NCBI GenBank assembly: GCA_031372565.1
Contig: JANMLN010000201.1
Coordinates: 1-64,000 of the forward strand
Origin: Gemmatimonadota bacterium
GTDB taxonomy: Bacteria; Gemmatimonadota; Gemmatimonadetes; Gemmatimonadales; Gemmatimonadaceae
Direction of reading: 5' to 3'
DNA length: 64,000 bases
Numbering within the stretch: position 1 is the stretch's first letter; every line of letters starts with the position of its first letter. The position numbers and the translations under genes were made by a program. Positions 29,873-38,860 of the stretch are shown one piece after another. The notes below the pieces were generated by a model. It did not search any database and was not told the DNA's origin. It saw only the letters and a list, made by a program, of their open reading frames with translations.

Positions 29873-30843
29873 CACCGGGCCCCCGCGGGCCACTGGCCAT
29901 GCAGGAAGGTGTCCATGTCCCCGAAGGTGCGTTCCGGATTCATCAGCCACGGCATGTGCGGCTCGGCGTCCAGCGTATCGAGCCGGGACGATGCCATGGC
30001 ATCACGCCACTGCCCCAGCATCGTGCTGTAGATCAGGTCGCGCCCACCCGCGAGGATGAGGACGGGGACCGCCGTGGCCTTGACGCGCTCACGCAGATCC
30101 ACCTTCACGACCGACCCGAGCAGCCATCGATTGGTGCGCTCGAGCTGACGCAGGTTCATCGGTGAACGTCCGCACACGAGCGGTGCACCGCGAGCGATCG
30201 TGACGGAGTCCCACACGACCAGGGGCGACAGGTAGAAGGACCAGTACTTCCGGCAGAACGCCTGCGGGTCGAGCGAGTCGGCGCGGGCGCGGCTGTCGGC
30301 GTAATACGCGTTCAGTCGCGCACGATCACCGGTGTACGCCGCGAACTGGAATGCCCACGACGACAGCAACAAGTGAGGCGACAGCATCACCACGCGACTG
30401 ACGCGATCTGGATGACTCGCGGCATACGACGCTGCGACGACCGCGCCCCAGTTGTGGCCAACGAGGGCCATCCGCCCGAGTGCCAGCGACGCACGAAGCA
30501 GCTCCAGATCCGACACGTCGTGCTCGAGTCCGAGTTGCGTGGAGTCCGGCACCCCCGCACCCTCGCCCCGCCCGCGCAAGTCCACCACGATGACCGTTCG
30601 TCCAACCGCCAACGGGCCGAACGAACGCTCGAGATAGTCGGCGTTGAGCCCAGGGCCACCGGGCACGAGCACGACGGTATCAGGGCCGTTGCCATGCACC
30701 CGGTACTGCACCGCGAGGCCGGCCGCCACCGACACACGTCCCGCGGAAACGACCGGCGGAAGCGCCGACGGCGACGAGCAGGCGGCGCTTGCCATCGCGA
30801 GAATGGCAAGCGCGAGCCGAACCAGCGCGAAAGAGTGAGTCAT
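29872..30843 (-). CDS. Alpha/beta-hydrolase-fold lipoprotein (proline iminopeptidase-like) with atypical nucleophile
   Basis: Lipobox SAAC; VPGGPG, DLRGRG, GHNWG elbow, PVLILAGGRD, PHMPW. Confidence 0.8.
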   Translation of the reverse strand: MTHSFALVRLALAILAMASAACSSPSALPPVVSAGRVSVAAGLAVQYRVHGNGPDTVVLVPGGPGLNADYLERSFGPLAVGRTVIVVDLRGRGEGAGVPDSTQLGLEHDVSDLELLRASLALGRMALVGHNWGAVVAASYAASHPDRVSRVVMLSPHLLLSSWAFQFAAYTGDRARLNAYYADSRARADSLDPQAFCRKYWSFYLSPLVVWDSVTIARGAPLVCGRSPMNLRQLERTNRWLLGSVVKVDLRERVKATAVPVLILAGGRDLIYSTMLGQWRDAMASSRLDTLDAEPHMPWLMNPERTFGDMDTFLHGQWPAGAR

Positions 30844-33599
30844 GGATATGCGAGGAGTCCCGCCACGAGCACGGGCAGGATCGACGTGCCGCTGCCGCCG
30901 TCGCCCAACTGCCCGGCGCTGTTCTCGCCCCAGCAGTACAGCGTCCGCGCGGTCGTGAAGCCGCAGGAGTGCGCCCTGCCCGCGACGATGCGCGTGAACG
31001 CGAGCCCGCCATCGACGGACAGCGGCACGCGCGAGCAGGACAGGTCGAAGCCGAAGACGGCGCAGGTGGTCGAGGTCTCCGTGCCCAACTGGAAGGTGCT
31101 GTTGTAGCCCCAGCACAAGCCGCCACCGCTTCCGGTGACCGCGCAGGTATGCAGAAAACTCGAGAGCTCCGCGGCGGTGGCGAGACTCGTCGTGAGGGGA
31201 TTGCTGGCGACCACGCGCGGTTGCGACTCACCCACCGCGCTCCCCGTGCCAAGTTGACCGGTCTGATTCCCACCCCAGCAGTACGCTTGATTCCCGGTCG
31301 TGATGCCGCAGGTGTGGGACTCTCCCGCCGTGAGCGAGGTGAATCGAAGGCCGGTCGCGACCTGCGTCGGCACCAGCGCCTGTGTCACGGTCGGAATCCC
31401 GAGACCGCCGAAGACGTTGGATCCCCAGCAGTAGGCCTCGCCGGTGGCCGTCCACGCACAGGAGTGCACACCGCCCGCCGTGATGCCCACGAACGCAAGC
31501 CCACCCGACGCTTCGGCGGGCCCGAGCGTCCGGATCGTGTTGCCGATGCCAAGCTGTCCCGCGTCGTTGCGCCCCCAGCAGTACGCGCGGCCGGTGATCG
31601 AGAGCGCGCAGTTGTGGTTCGCGCCAGCGGCCACCGCCGTGAAACCCACCGCGCTCGCAATGGGCGTGGGCAGTGGACGATCGAGCGTGTCGAGCAGACC
31701 GAGCTGGCCCTGTGTATTCGCCCCCCAGCAGCGCACGACGCGCGCCGAGGTGAGCCCACACGTGTGCGCATCGGACGCCGCGATGACCTGATAGGTCCCC
31801 ATGCCGAGGACCTGCGCGGGCACGCGGCTCTCACTCGCTCCACCGATCCCGAGCTGGCCGCGGTCGTTGCTGCCCCAGCACCAGGCCTCGCCGATCTCGG
31901 TCAGCGCACAGGTGTGGCGCGCGCCCGCGTCCAGCGAAGACTCGATCGCCGGGCGGCAGGGCACGCCGATGTCACGGGTGACGGCCGCACCGGCCGGGAG
32001 TACGAAGCTCTCCGACGCCGGAATCACGCACCCCGCCGGCACCGACGAGACGCTGAGCACGGACGGGCCCGGCGGGACGCCGGTGAGCGCGTATGCACCC
32101 GAACTGGCACTGGTCGCCTGCCGCTGAGACGGCTCCAGCGTCACACGCACCCCCACCAGCGCCCCGCGGATCGCCGAGAAGACCTGCCCCGACAATGAGG
32201 CGAGCGCCGGTGCCACGAGCACCTCGCCCACGGTCCACCCGCTGTACCACGGGGCGTTGGCGCGGCCGGCGTCCGCGGGTTTGACTCCGCCCCGCCACGT
32301 GGTCACATCGAACTCGGCACCGCCGCCGCCCACCACACTCAGCGTGGCCGCGGGCGAGTTGAAGGGCGGTCGCAGGTCGGGGAGCACCACATCCGTCCCG
32401 GCGATCAGCGTTCGGGCAACCTCGACCGGATCGCTGACCACCACGTTCTGCTGATCCGCGCGCGCGAGCCACTCCGACTCGGGATCCGGCGTGCCGTACG
32501 GGCCGCATGTCGAGGGCGGACTCCCCGGCGGGCCCAACGACGTCGCTGCAACGGTCACGACGCCACGTAGCCGCAGCCCGTTGGCGCCGACCTGCGCGCA
32601 CGTGCTCGCGCCGTCGACGTCGAGCGCCACGGCGGGACGAAAGAGCAGCACGTCACGGACATCACCGGCCGTTCCGCGCTCCAGGACCAGGGCGCGAGGA
32701 GGCGTCGAGCCGTAGGGATTCGCGCCGTTGCTCTCGAGCACGATCGTCACGTTGGCCACCGACGGCGCAGACCTCGGCGTCGCATCATCACCGCTGCCGC
32801 CCCGTCCACCGTTCCGGCCTTGCATGCCCCCGGCCACCAGTGACGGATCGCCTTGCACGATCAGGTGCTGGGCGTATCCCGTCCAGCCACCGGTCCATGC
32901 AAGTCCGAACTGTGCGTTGGTTGTGAGCGCCAGAAACCGGAGCCCGACGTTGCTCCCGACGATGGTCACGCCGTTGCCGAGCGAACGATGCACCTGCACG
33001 TACTCGATGCGCGTGGCGGCACCGACGGCAAGCAGTTCGAGGCCACGCACCGCGTACTCGATCCGCGCATAGCGCAGGACCCCGCTCGAGTCGCGGATGG
33101 CGCAGCCACCGTACGCGACCCCTCGATCGGACGATTCACGACACCCGGCCGCGCCAGACCCACGAACGGGCGGGCTCGTCGATGGGCCGTGATTGATGAC
33201 CCCGTTCCCCGCGATGGTCAGGCCGTTCCAGCAGCCCGCCGTCGGTGCAGGGTCGCTGCAGGTGAACACGATCGGCTCGAGGAACGTCCCGTTCGCGTTC
33301 AGGCGTGACTCGCGCGGCACGATGAGCTCAGCACCCGAGTCGGCCAGTACCACCGCACCCGCGCCGATGGTCAGCGAGCTTCCGGCGGACAAGATCGTCG
33401 TGCCGCTGAGCCGATGCGTCTGGTGTCCGGCCCATCGCACGTCACCGCGCAACACGGTCACGGCACGCGATGCCGACACGCCTTTGGCGGGGACGCGCGC
33501 CGTCGCGGCCGGCACGGCGCCGGTACCGATCAATAGTGGAACGAGCAGGAGGATGGCGAGCATCGCTGAGTCCAACGGGATGGCGCGCGTCGCGCGCAC
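30840..33599 (-). CDS. Exported protein: beta-helix domain + Ig-like module + RCC1-repeat beta-propeller
   Basis: LEPIVFT, DSSGVLRYARIEYA, PWYSGWT (related to 20404-22752); about seven HTC...CWGxNxxGQLG repeats. Confidence 0.85.
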   Translation of the reverse strand: MRATRAIPLDSAMLAILLLVPLLIGTGAVPAATARVPAKGVSASRAVTVLRGDVRWAGHQTHRLSGTTILSAGSSLTIGAGAVVLADSGAELIVPRESRLNANGTFLEPIVFTCSDPAPTAGCWNGLTIAGNGVINHGPSTSPPVRGSGAAGCRESSDRGVAYGGCAIRDSSGVLRYARIEYAVRGLELLAVGAATRIEYVQVHRSLGNGVTIVGSNVGLRFLALTTNAQFGLAWTGGWTGYAQHLIVQGDPSLVAGGMQGRNGGRGGSGDDATPRSAPSVANVTIVLESNGANPYGSTPPRALVLERGTAGDVRDVLLFRPAVALDVDGASTCAQVGANGLRLRGVVTVAATSLGPPGSPPSTCGPYGTPDPESEWLARADQQNVVVSDPVEVARTLIAGTDVVLPDLRPPFNSPAATLSVVGGGGAEFDVTTWRGGVKPADAGRANAPWYSGWTVGEVLVAPALASLSGQVFSAIRGALVGVRVTLEPSQRQATSASSGAYALTGVPPGPSVLSVSSVPAGCVIPASESFVLPAGAAVTRDIGVPCRPAIESSLDAGARHTCALTEIGEAWCWGSNDRGQLGIGGASESRVPAQVLGMGTYQVIAASDAHTCGLTSARVVRCWGANTQGQLGLLDTLDRPLPTPIASAVGFTAVAAGANHNCALSITGRAYCWGRNDAGQLGIGNTIRTLGPAEASGGLAFVGITAGGVHSCAWTATGEAYCWGSNVFGGLGIPTVTQALVPTQVATGLRFTSLTAGESHTCGITTGNQAYCWGGNQTGQLGTGSAVGESQPRVVASNPLTTSLATAAELSSFLHTCAVTGSGGGLCWGYNSTFQLGTETSTTCAVFGFDLSCSRVPLSVDGGLAFTRIVAGRAHSCGFTTARTLYCWGENSAGQLGDGGSGTSILPVLVAGLLAYP

Positions 33600-33699
33600 T
33601 TAAAGCCCCTCAGCTTCGGCTCTGCTCGTGAAGACTGCCGCGCGCCGGTGTCACAGACTGATATCAACGACGTCACGCCGACCGTGGCGGCCCGTGATC

Positions 33700-33726
33700 G
33701 TGACGTTTGAGTATCGAAACCGTGAT
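33700..33726 (-). promoter_or_regulatory. PhoB/OmpR-type tandem direct repeats (Pho-box-like) at the head of the surface locus
   Basis: Minus strand ATCAC-N6-GATAC-N6-GTCAC with 11-bp period; additional plus-strand GTCAC at 33650 and 33672 (22 bp apart). Confidence 0.5.
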
Positions 33727-33755
33727 TGTCGTTGACCGCGTGTCGCGCTATCCGG

Positions 33756-34247
33756 TCAATCCGTCAGCGGCACGATCTGCACGTCCACCGCGCCATCGAG
33801 CACGGTCAGTCTCGCCACGCTCGGCACGAGCTGAAACCGACGCGGGCCTGCCGCCCCGGGATTCACCACCAACCGGCCGTCGGCGCGCGTGACCAGCTGC
33901 TGGTGCGTGTGCCCGTACACCAGCACGGCCTCCGGATAGGCCGCCAGCAAATTCGCGGGGGTGGGCGCACCGAGTTCGTGCCCGTGACTCACGTGAATGG
34001 CCACATCCCCGACGCGGTGCACGAACGAGGCAACCAGCGGCGGGTACGGCTCATCCGTGTTGCCGAAAACGGCGAGCACCGGTGCGATGGTTTCCAGTTC
34101 CGCCAACACGATCGGCTCGCCGACATCTCCGGCGTGCAGGATGAGCGACACCCCTGCCAGCGCCTCGTGCACCGACGGCCGCACCAGATTGTGGGTGTCG
34201 GAGATGAGCCCGATCACGATGGGCCCCGTCTGCGCTCGCCTGCTCAC
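33756..34247 (-). CDS. Metallophosphoesterase (YfcE/MJ0936 family)
   Basis: ISDTH, HAGDVG, GNTD, HGH, YGHTH, NPG motifs; GTGA overlap with ubiX. Confidence 0.88.
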   Translation of the reverse strand: MSRRAQTGPIVIGLISDTHNLVRPSVHEALAGVSLILHAGDVGEPIVLAELETIAPVLAVFGNTDEPYPPLVASFVHRVGDVAIHVSHGHELGAPTPANLLAAYPEAVLVYGHTHQQLVTRADGRLVVNPGAAGPRRFQLVPSVARLTVLDGAVDVQIVPLTD

Positions 34248-34855
34248 GCGTCCGTTGGGGCGTCGCCCTGCCAGCGCCGACCGACCGTGTGGTCGAGGTC
34301 GAGTTGGTCGAGCACGCGAGCCACCACGAAGTCGACGAGGTCGCTGATGCCCTGCGGCTTGTGGTAGAAGCCCGGCGCGGCCGGCATGACCACGGCGCCT
34401 GCCTGCGTCACGCGCAGCAGGTTCTCGAGGTGGATCTGCGAGAACGGCGTCTCGCGCGGGACGAGGATCAGCTTGCGTCGTTCCTTGAGCACCACGTCGG
34501 CCGCACGCTCCACCAATGAGCGCGAGGTCCCCGCCGCGATCGACGCCACCGTGCCCATCGAGCACGGGCAGATCACCATGCCGCGTGTGCGCACGGAGCC
34601 CGAGGCCGGCAGCGCGCCACGATCGCCGTCGTCGAACACGCGCACGTGCGCGTCCCAGGCGCTCGCGCCAACCGACGCGCGCAGCGCCGCCTGATCGGCG
34701 ATGCCCACCTCGGTGGAGAGCAGGCGATAACCGTGCGACGAGATGATCAGCCACGTCGGCTGCGCCAACTCCGCCAGCGCGCGCACCAGCCGCACCGCGT
34801 ACGGCGCCCCACTCGCGCCGGTGATCGCGACAACAATCGGACGCGCCGCACTCAT
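34244..34855 (-). CDS. ubiX: Flavin prenyltransferase
   Basis: VAITGASGAPY, ASGS, PCSMGT, RAADVVLKERRKLILVPRETP, PAAPGFY. Confidence 0.95.
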   Translation of the reverse strand: MSAARPIVVAITGASGAPYAVRLVRALAELAQPTWLIISSHGYRLLSTEVGIADQAALRASVGASAWDAHVRVFDDGDRGALPASGSVRTRGMVICPCSMGTVASIAAGTSRSLVERAADVVLKERRKLILVPRETPFSQIHLENLLRVTQAGAVVMPAAPGFYHKPQGISDLVDFVVARVLDQLDLDHTVGRRWQGDAPTDA

Positions 34856-35799
34856 GCGCTCACCGCCGCGATCAGCCGGCCGGCCAGTACGCACGCGAAG
34901 AAGAGCAAGCTCATCACGCCGTTCATGGTGAAGAACGCCGCGTCCAGCTTGGAGAGGTCATCGGCCTTCACGAGCCCGTGCTCGTACCACAGGATGCTCG
35001 CAGCCACCGCGACCCCCGCCCACCACGCAACGCCCGCCGTCGCGCCGGCCATGGGCAGCGCCCATCCGACCAACGCGAACGCCACGACCGTGAGCGTGTG
35101 CAGCGCGCGCGCGACCACGATGGCGCGCGGCACCCCGATCGCCGACGGGATCGAGAACAGCCCCTGCGACCGATCGAACTCGGCGTCGGGCAGCGCATAG
35201 AGCACATCGAAGCCCGCGACCCAACTGGCCACCGCAACGGCGAGCAGCGGCAGCAGCCACCACGGCGTCGGCCACGCCCCCGTCACCGCGAGCCATCCGC
35301 CGGCTGGCGCGATCGACAGCCCGACGCCGAGCCACAGGTGCGCGTAGCGCGTGAACCGCTTGGCGTAGCTGTATCCCAGCACCCACGCCAGCGCGATCGG
35401 CGACAATGCGAGACAGAGCGGATTGAGCCGCCAGGCACTGACAATGAACAGCGCGCCTGCGAGCACCACCGAGGCGCGGGCCGCACCCACGCCAATCACG
35501 CCGCGCGGGATCTCGCGCTGCGCGGTGCGCGGATTGAGGGCGTCAAACCGTCGATCGACCAGCCGATTGAAGGCCATCGCCGCGAACCGTGCGCTCGTGA
35601 ACGCCAGCACGGCCCAGCCCACCTGCGACACCGTGACCGCATGGGTCCAGCTCGCAAGGGTCACCCCCACGAGTGCAAACGGCAGCGCGAACACCGTGTG
35701 CGGCAGCTTGACGAAGCTCGCCCATGTCGAGACAACGCCGGGCCCGGCGAAGGTCTGCCCTTCACGCGGTCCGCCGACGCTCGCCTGCGCGCCGCTCAT
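34852..35799 (-). CDS. ubiA: UbiA-family polyprenyltransferase (MqnP-like)
   Basis: HTVFALPFA, ARFAAMAFNRLVDRRFDALNPRTAQREIP, YSYAKRFT, GFDVLYA..D..FD. Confidence 0.88.
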   Translation of the reverse strand: MSGAQASVGGPREGQTFAGPGVVSTWASFVKLPHTVFALPFALVGVTLASWTHAVTVSQVGWAVLAFTSARFAAMAFNRLVDRRFDALNPRTAQREIPRGVIGVGAARASVVLAGALFIVSAWRLNPLCLALSPIALAWVLGYSYAKRFTRYAHLWLGVGLSIAPAGGWLAVTGAWPTPWWLLPLLAVAVASWVAGFDVLYALPDAEFDRSQGLFSIPSAIGVPRAIVVARALHTLTVVAFALVGWALPMAGATAGVAWWAGVAVAASILWYEHGLVKADDLSKLDAAFFTMNGVMSLLFFACVLAGRLIAAVSA

Positions 35800-37277
35800 C
35801 GCGTTCCCAATCCGAGCGAGGGCCAGATCGCGTCGACCTTCGCTCTGGTGGTGGCATCCATCTCGATCACCTTGGGCCAGTTGCGCGTGAACCCTTCCTC
35901 GGGCCACTTCCGCGTGGCATCGAGCCCCATCTTGCTGCCATAGGTGAAGCCGCGACTCGCATGATCGAGCACGTCCACCGGTCCCATCGTGAAGCGGGCA
36001 TCGCGCTCGGGATCGAGGTTGTTGAGCGCGACCCACCACGCTTCCTGTGGATTGCGGACATTGACCCAGTCGTCCACGATCACGAGCACCTTCGCCAGCG
36101 ACATCAGCCCCTGTCCCCACAGCGCGTTCATCACCTTGAACGCCTGCCCGGGATACTGCTTGCGGATGCTCACGAACACGAGGTTGTGGAAGATGCCCTC
36201 GGCCGGCATGTGGTAGTCGACGATCTCGGGCGTCGTCAGCTTGAGCAACGGCAGGAAGATCCGCTCGGTGGCATGACCCAGGTAGAAATCTTCCATGGGC
36301 GGCCGACCGACGATCGTCGTCGCGTACACGGGGTGCTTGCGCATCGTGACCGCCGTGATGTGCACGCGCGGATACAAGTCCGCCTCGGAGTAGAACCCCG
36401 TGTGATCGCCGAACGGCCCTTCGGTCACCAGCGGCTCCCGCGGATCGATGTACCCCTCGAGCACGAACTCCGCCTCGGCCGGCACCTCCAGGTCGCAGGT
36501 CAGCGCCTTGACGAGCTTGACCGGCTTCGACCGGAGGAAACCGGCGAAGATGAACTCATCGACGGCCGGTGGCAGCGGCGCACTCCCCGAGAAGACGCTC
36601 GCCGGATCGGCCCCGATCGCAATGCACACCGGCATCATCTGCCCGGTCTCTGCCATGTGGCGCCAGTGCTCGGCGCCCGACTTGTGCCGCTGCCAATGCA
36701 TCGCGACATGGCGCGGCCCCATCTGCTGTACGCGATACATCCCCACGTTGCGGATGCCCCGCACCGGGTCCTTGCTGATCACCATCGGCAGCGTGATGTA
36801 CGGTCCGCCGTCATCGGGCCAGCAGGTGATGATCGGCAGCCGGTCGAGGTTGATCTCGTCGCCGCGCCACACGATTTCCTGGCACGGCGCCCCGCTTCCG
36901 ACCATCCGTGGCGGAAACTTCGAGACCTCGAGGAGACGCGGCAACAGCGACAGCTTGCCCATCAATCCTTCGGGCACCTTGAGGTCGATGAGCTTGGTGA
37001 TGCGCGCACCCACCTCGTCGAGCTCCCGGACCCCCAGTGACAGCGACATGCGCGTCATGCTGCCGAACAGGTTGATGGCCACCGGATACGCCGAGCGGGT
37101 GCCGTCGCGGAGTACGGGGTGCTCGAACAGCAGCGCGGGCCCACCACCGGGCCGCTTCATGACACGGTCCGCGATCTCGCACAGTTCGAGATGGATCGAG
37201 ACCGGCTCCTTGATGCGGACCAGCTCGCCGGCCTGCTCAATGGCGGCGATGAACTCCTGCAGCGTGTCGAGGGTCAT
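35796..37277 (-). CDS. ubiD: UbiD-family decarboxylase (menaquinone biosynthesis)
   Basis: GGGPALLFE, AINLFGS, RNVGMYR, EGPFGDHTGFY, GRPPMED, VLDHA. Confidence 0.93.
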   Translation of the reverse strand: MTLDTLQEFIAAIEQAGELVRIKEPVSIHLELCEIADRVMKRPGGGPALLFEHPVLRDGTRSAYPVAINLFGSMTRMSLSLGVRELDEVGARITKLIDLKVPEGLMGKLSLLPRLLEVSKFPPRMVGSGAPCQEIVWRGDEINLDRLPIITCWPDDGGPYITLPMVISKDPVRGIRNVGMYRVQQMGPRHVAMHWQRHKSGAEHWRHMAETGQMMPVCIAIGADPASVFSGSAPLPPAVDEFIFAGFLRSKPVKLVKALTCDLEVPAEAEFVLEGYIDPREPLVTEGPFGDHTGFYSEADLYPRVHITAVTMRKHPVYATTIVGRPPMEDFYLGHATERIFLPLLKLTTPEIVDYHMPAEGIFHNLVFVSIRKQYPGQAFKVMNALWGQGLMSLAKVLVIVDDWVNVRNPQEAWWVALNNLDPERDARFTMGPVDVLDHASRGFTYGSKMGLDATRKWPEEGFTRNWPKVIEMDATTRAKVDAIWPSLGLGTR

Positions 37278-38050
37278 GGTGCGCGATCAACGCCCGGCTC
37301 GGCCGGTCGTTCCCCGACATGGATGGCCGCAACGCCGAGCGTCAGCGACTCCCAGCGCACGCGTGCGAACCCGGCCTGCGTGAGCCGGGCAGCCAGCGCC
37401 TCCTCGACGGGAAAGTGCTGTACGGAGCGCGGCAAGTACGCGTACGCCGTCCGGTGGCCGCTGATCAATCCGCCGATGAAGGGCAGGAGGTGGTGGAAGT
37501 ACGCATGATACCCCGCGCGCACGATGGCTGCGCGCGGCGTCGAGAACTCGAGGATCACGAACCGCGCCCCCGGCTTGAGTACACGAAAGACCTCCACGAG
37601 TCCCGCATCGAGGTTGGCCACGTTCCGGATGCCGAAGGCGACAATGGCCCCCTCGACGCTCGCTGCCGGCAGTGGCAGCGCCAGCGCGTCCGCCACCACT
37701 GGTGCAATGCGGCCACCCCCCTTCCCGGCCCCGGCTCGGAGCATCGGTTCGGCAAAGTCGGCGCCGATCACCCGGCCGCGAAACCCCGCCGTCGCGGCGA
37801 GCTGCGCCCCCACGTCGAGGGTCCCCGCGCACAGGTCGAGCCAGGCACCGTCCGGCGCGCGCTCCACGCCCAACTGCGCGATGGCGCGCTCACGCCAGCG
37901 CCGATCGATGTTGAAGCTCAGCAGGTGGTTGAGCAGGTCGTAGCGCGGCGCGATCTCGGAGAAGATCCGCTGCACATACTCGCGCTTTCCGCCGTCGCCG
38001 CGAGCGGCCGACTCAACCTCGCGCGCGTCGATGTCCGTGTGTACCGTCAC
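37274..38050 (-). CDS. ubiE: Ubiquinone/menaquinone biosynthesis C-methyltransferase (UbiE/MenG)
   Basis: FSEIAPRYDLLNHLLSFNIDRRWR, LDLCAGT, AFGIRNV, RVLKPGA, AYAYLPRSV; start uncertain. Confidence 0.92.
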   Translation of the reverse strand: MTVHTDIDAREVESAARGDGGKREYVQRIFSEIAPRYDLLNHLLSFNIDRRWRERAIAQLGVERAPDGAWLDLCAGTLDVGAQLAATAGFRGRVIGADFAEPMLRAGAGKGGGRIAPVVADALALPLPAASVEGAIVAFGIRNVANLDAGLVEVFRVLKPGARFVILEFSTPRAAIVRAGYHAYFHHLLPFIGGLISGHRTAYAYLPRSVQHFPVEEALAARLTQAGFARVRWESLTLGVAAIHVGERPAEPGVDRAP

Positions 38051-38174
38051 CGTGGGAAAGCTCGCGGCCTGCGAGGGAGGCAGCAAGCGTCGCGCGCCCC
38101 TCGCCTGCCCCCTTGCAATCCGGTAGCTTCTCCATGCGCGCGCAGGGGGCCCCGCCCCGGCTGCGTGCGCTCCG

Positions 38175-38780
38175 ATGCCCACTACGCGAATCGAGCTCGA
38201 GAACCTCCCAGACGCGGACGTCGTCGCGCTCGCGCAGCAGGGTCGCGAGGACGCGTTCCGCGAGATCATCCGGCGCTATGAGCGCCCGGTGTTCTCACTT
38301 GTGTACCGCATGGTCCGGGATCGCGAGGTCGCCGAAGACCTCGCGCAGGACGCCTTCATCCGCGTCCTCAACAACCTTGACAAGTACCGGTCGGAGTTCA
38401 AGCTGTCGAGCTGGCTGTTCAAGATCGCCAACAATGTGGCGATCGATCATCTGCGCAAGCGACAGCTCGACACCATCTCGATCCACGGCTCGCCGAACGC
38501 CGCGACCGCGAGCGAGATCGAGGCGACCACCATCGATATCGACTCGGGCGAAGAGAACGCCCTCGACGAGATGGAGGCCAAGGAGCTCGGCAGCGCCATC
38601 GAGCGCGCCATCGCACAGCTCCGCCCCGAGTACCGCGCCTGCATCATGCTGCGGCACGTCGAAGGGCGCTCCTACGAAGAAATCGCCACGACGCTCGACC
38701 TCCCGCTCGGGACGGTCAAGACCTACATCCACCGCGCGCGCCACGAACTGCGCGAAGCCCTCGAACATCTGCGGGAATGA
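38175..38780 (+). CDS. ECF sigma-70 factor (RpoE/SigW-like)
   Basis: AEDLAQDAFIR, SWLFKIANN..IDHLRK, SYEEIATTLDLPLGTVKTYIHRAR. Confidence 0.95.
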   Translation: MPTTRIELENLPDADVVALAQQGREDAFREIIRRYERPVFSLVYRMVRDREVAEDLAQDAFIRVLNNLDKYRSEFKLSSWLFKIANNVAIDHLRKRQLDTISIHGSPNAATASEIEATTIDIDSGEENALDEMEAKELGSAIERAIAQLRPEYRACIMLRHVEGRSYEEIATTLDLPLGTVKTYIHRARHELREALEHLRE

Positions 38781-38814
38781 ACCGGCGCGCCCCGGCGCGC
38801 AACGCCTTGCCCGG

Positions 38815-38841
38815 TGAAACTCCCGCCTCGCCCCAGCCGTA
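38815..38841 (+). promoter_or_regulatory. SigW-like ECF promoter between the sigma and anti-sigma genes
   Basis: TGAAAC (38815-20), 17 nt, CGTA (38838-41), then GGAG and ATG at 38861. Confidence 0.7.
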
Positions 38842-38860
38842 CGGAACCACGGAGACCTGC

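Noticed and set aside
30850..31930. Recurring CCCCAGCA DNA motif as a repeat array
   Set aside because: It is the reverse complement of the Cys-Trp-Gly codons of RCC1 repeats in a coding sequence.
17175..33599. True cellulosome or classical SusCD polysaccharide utilisation locus
   Set aside because: No recognisable glycoside hydrolase, CBM3 or SusD; the only enzymes seen are a peptidase and an atypical alpha/beta hydrolase.
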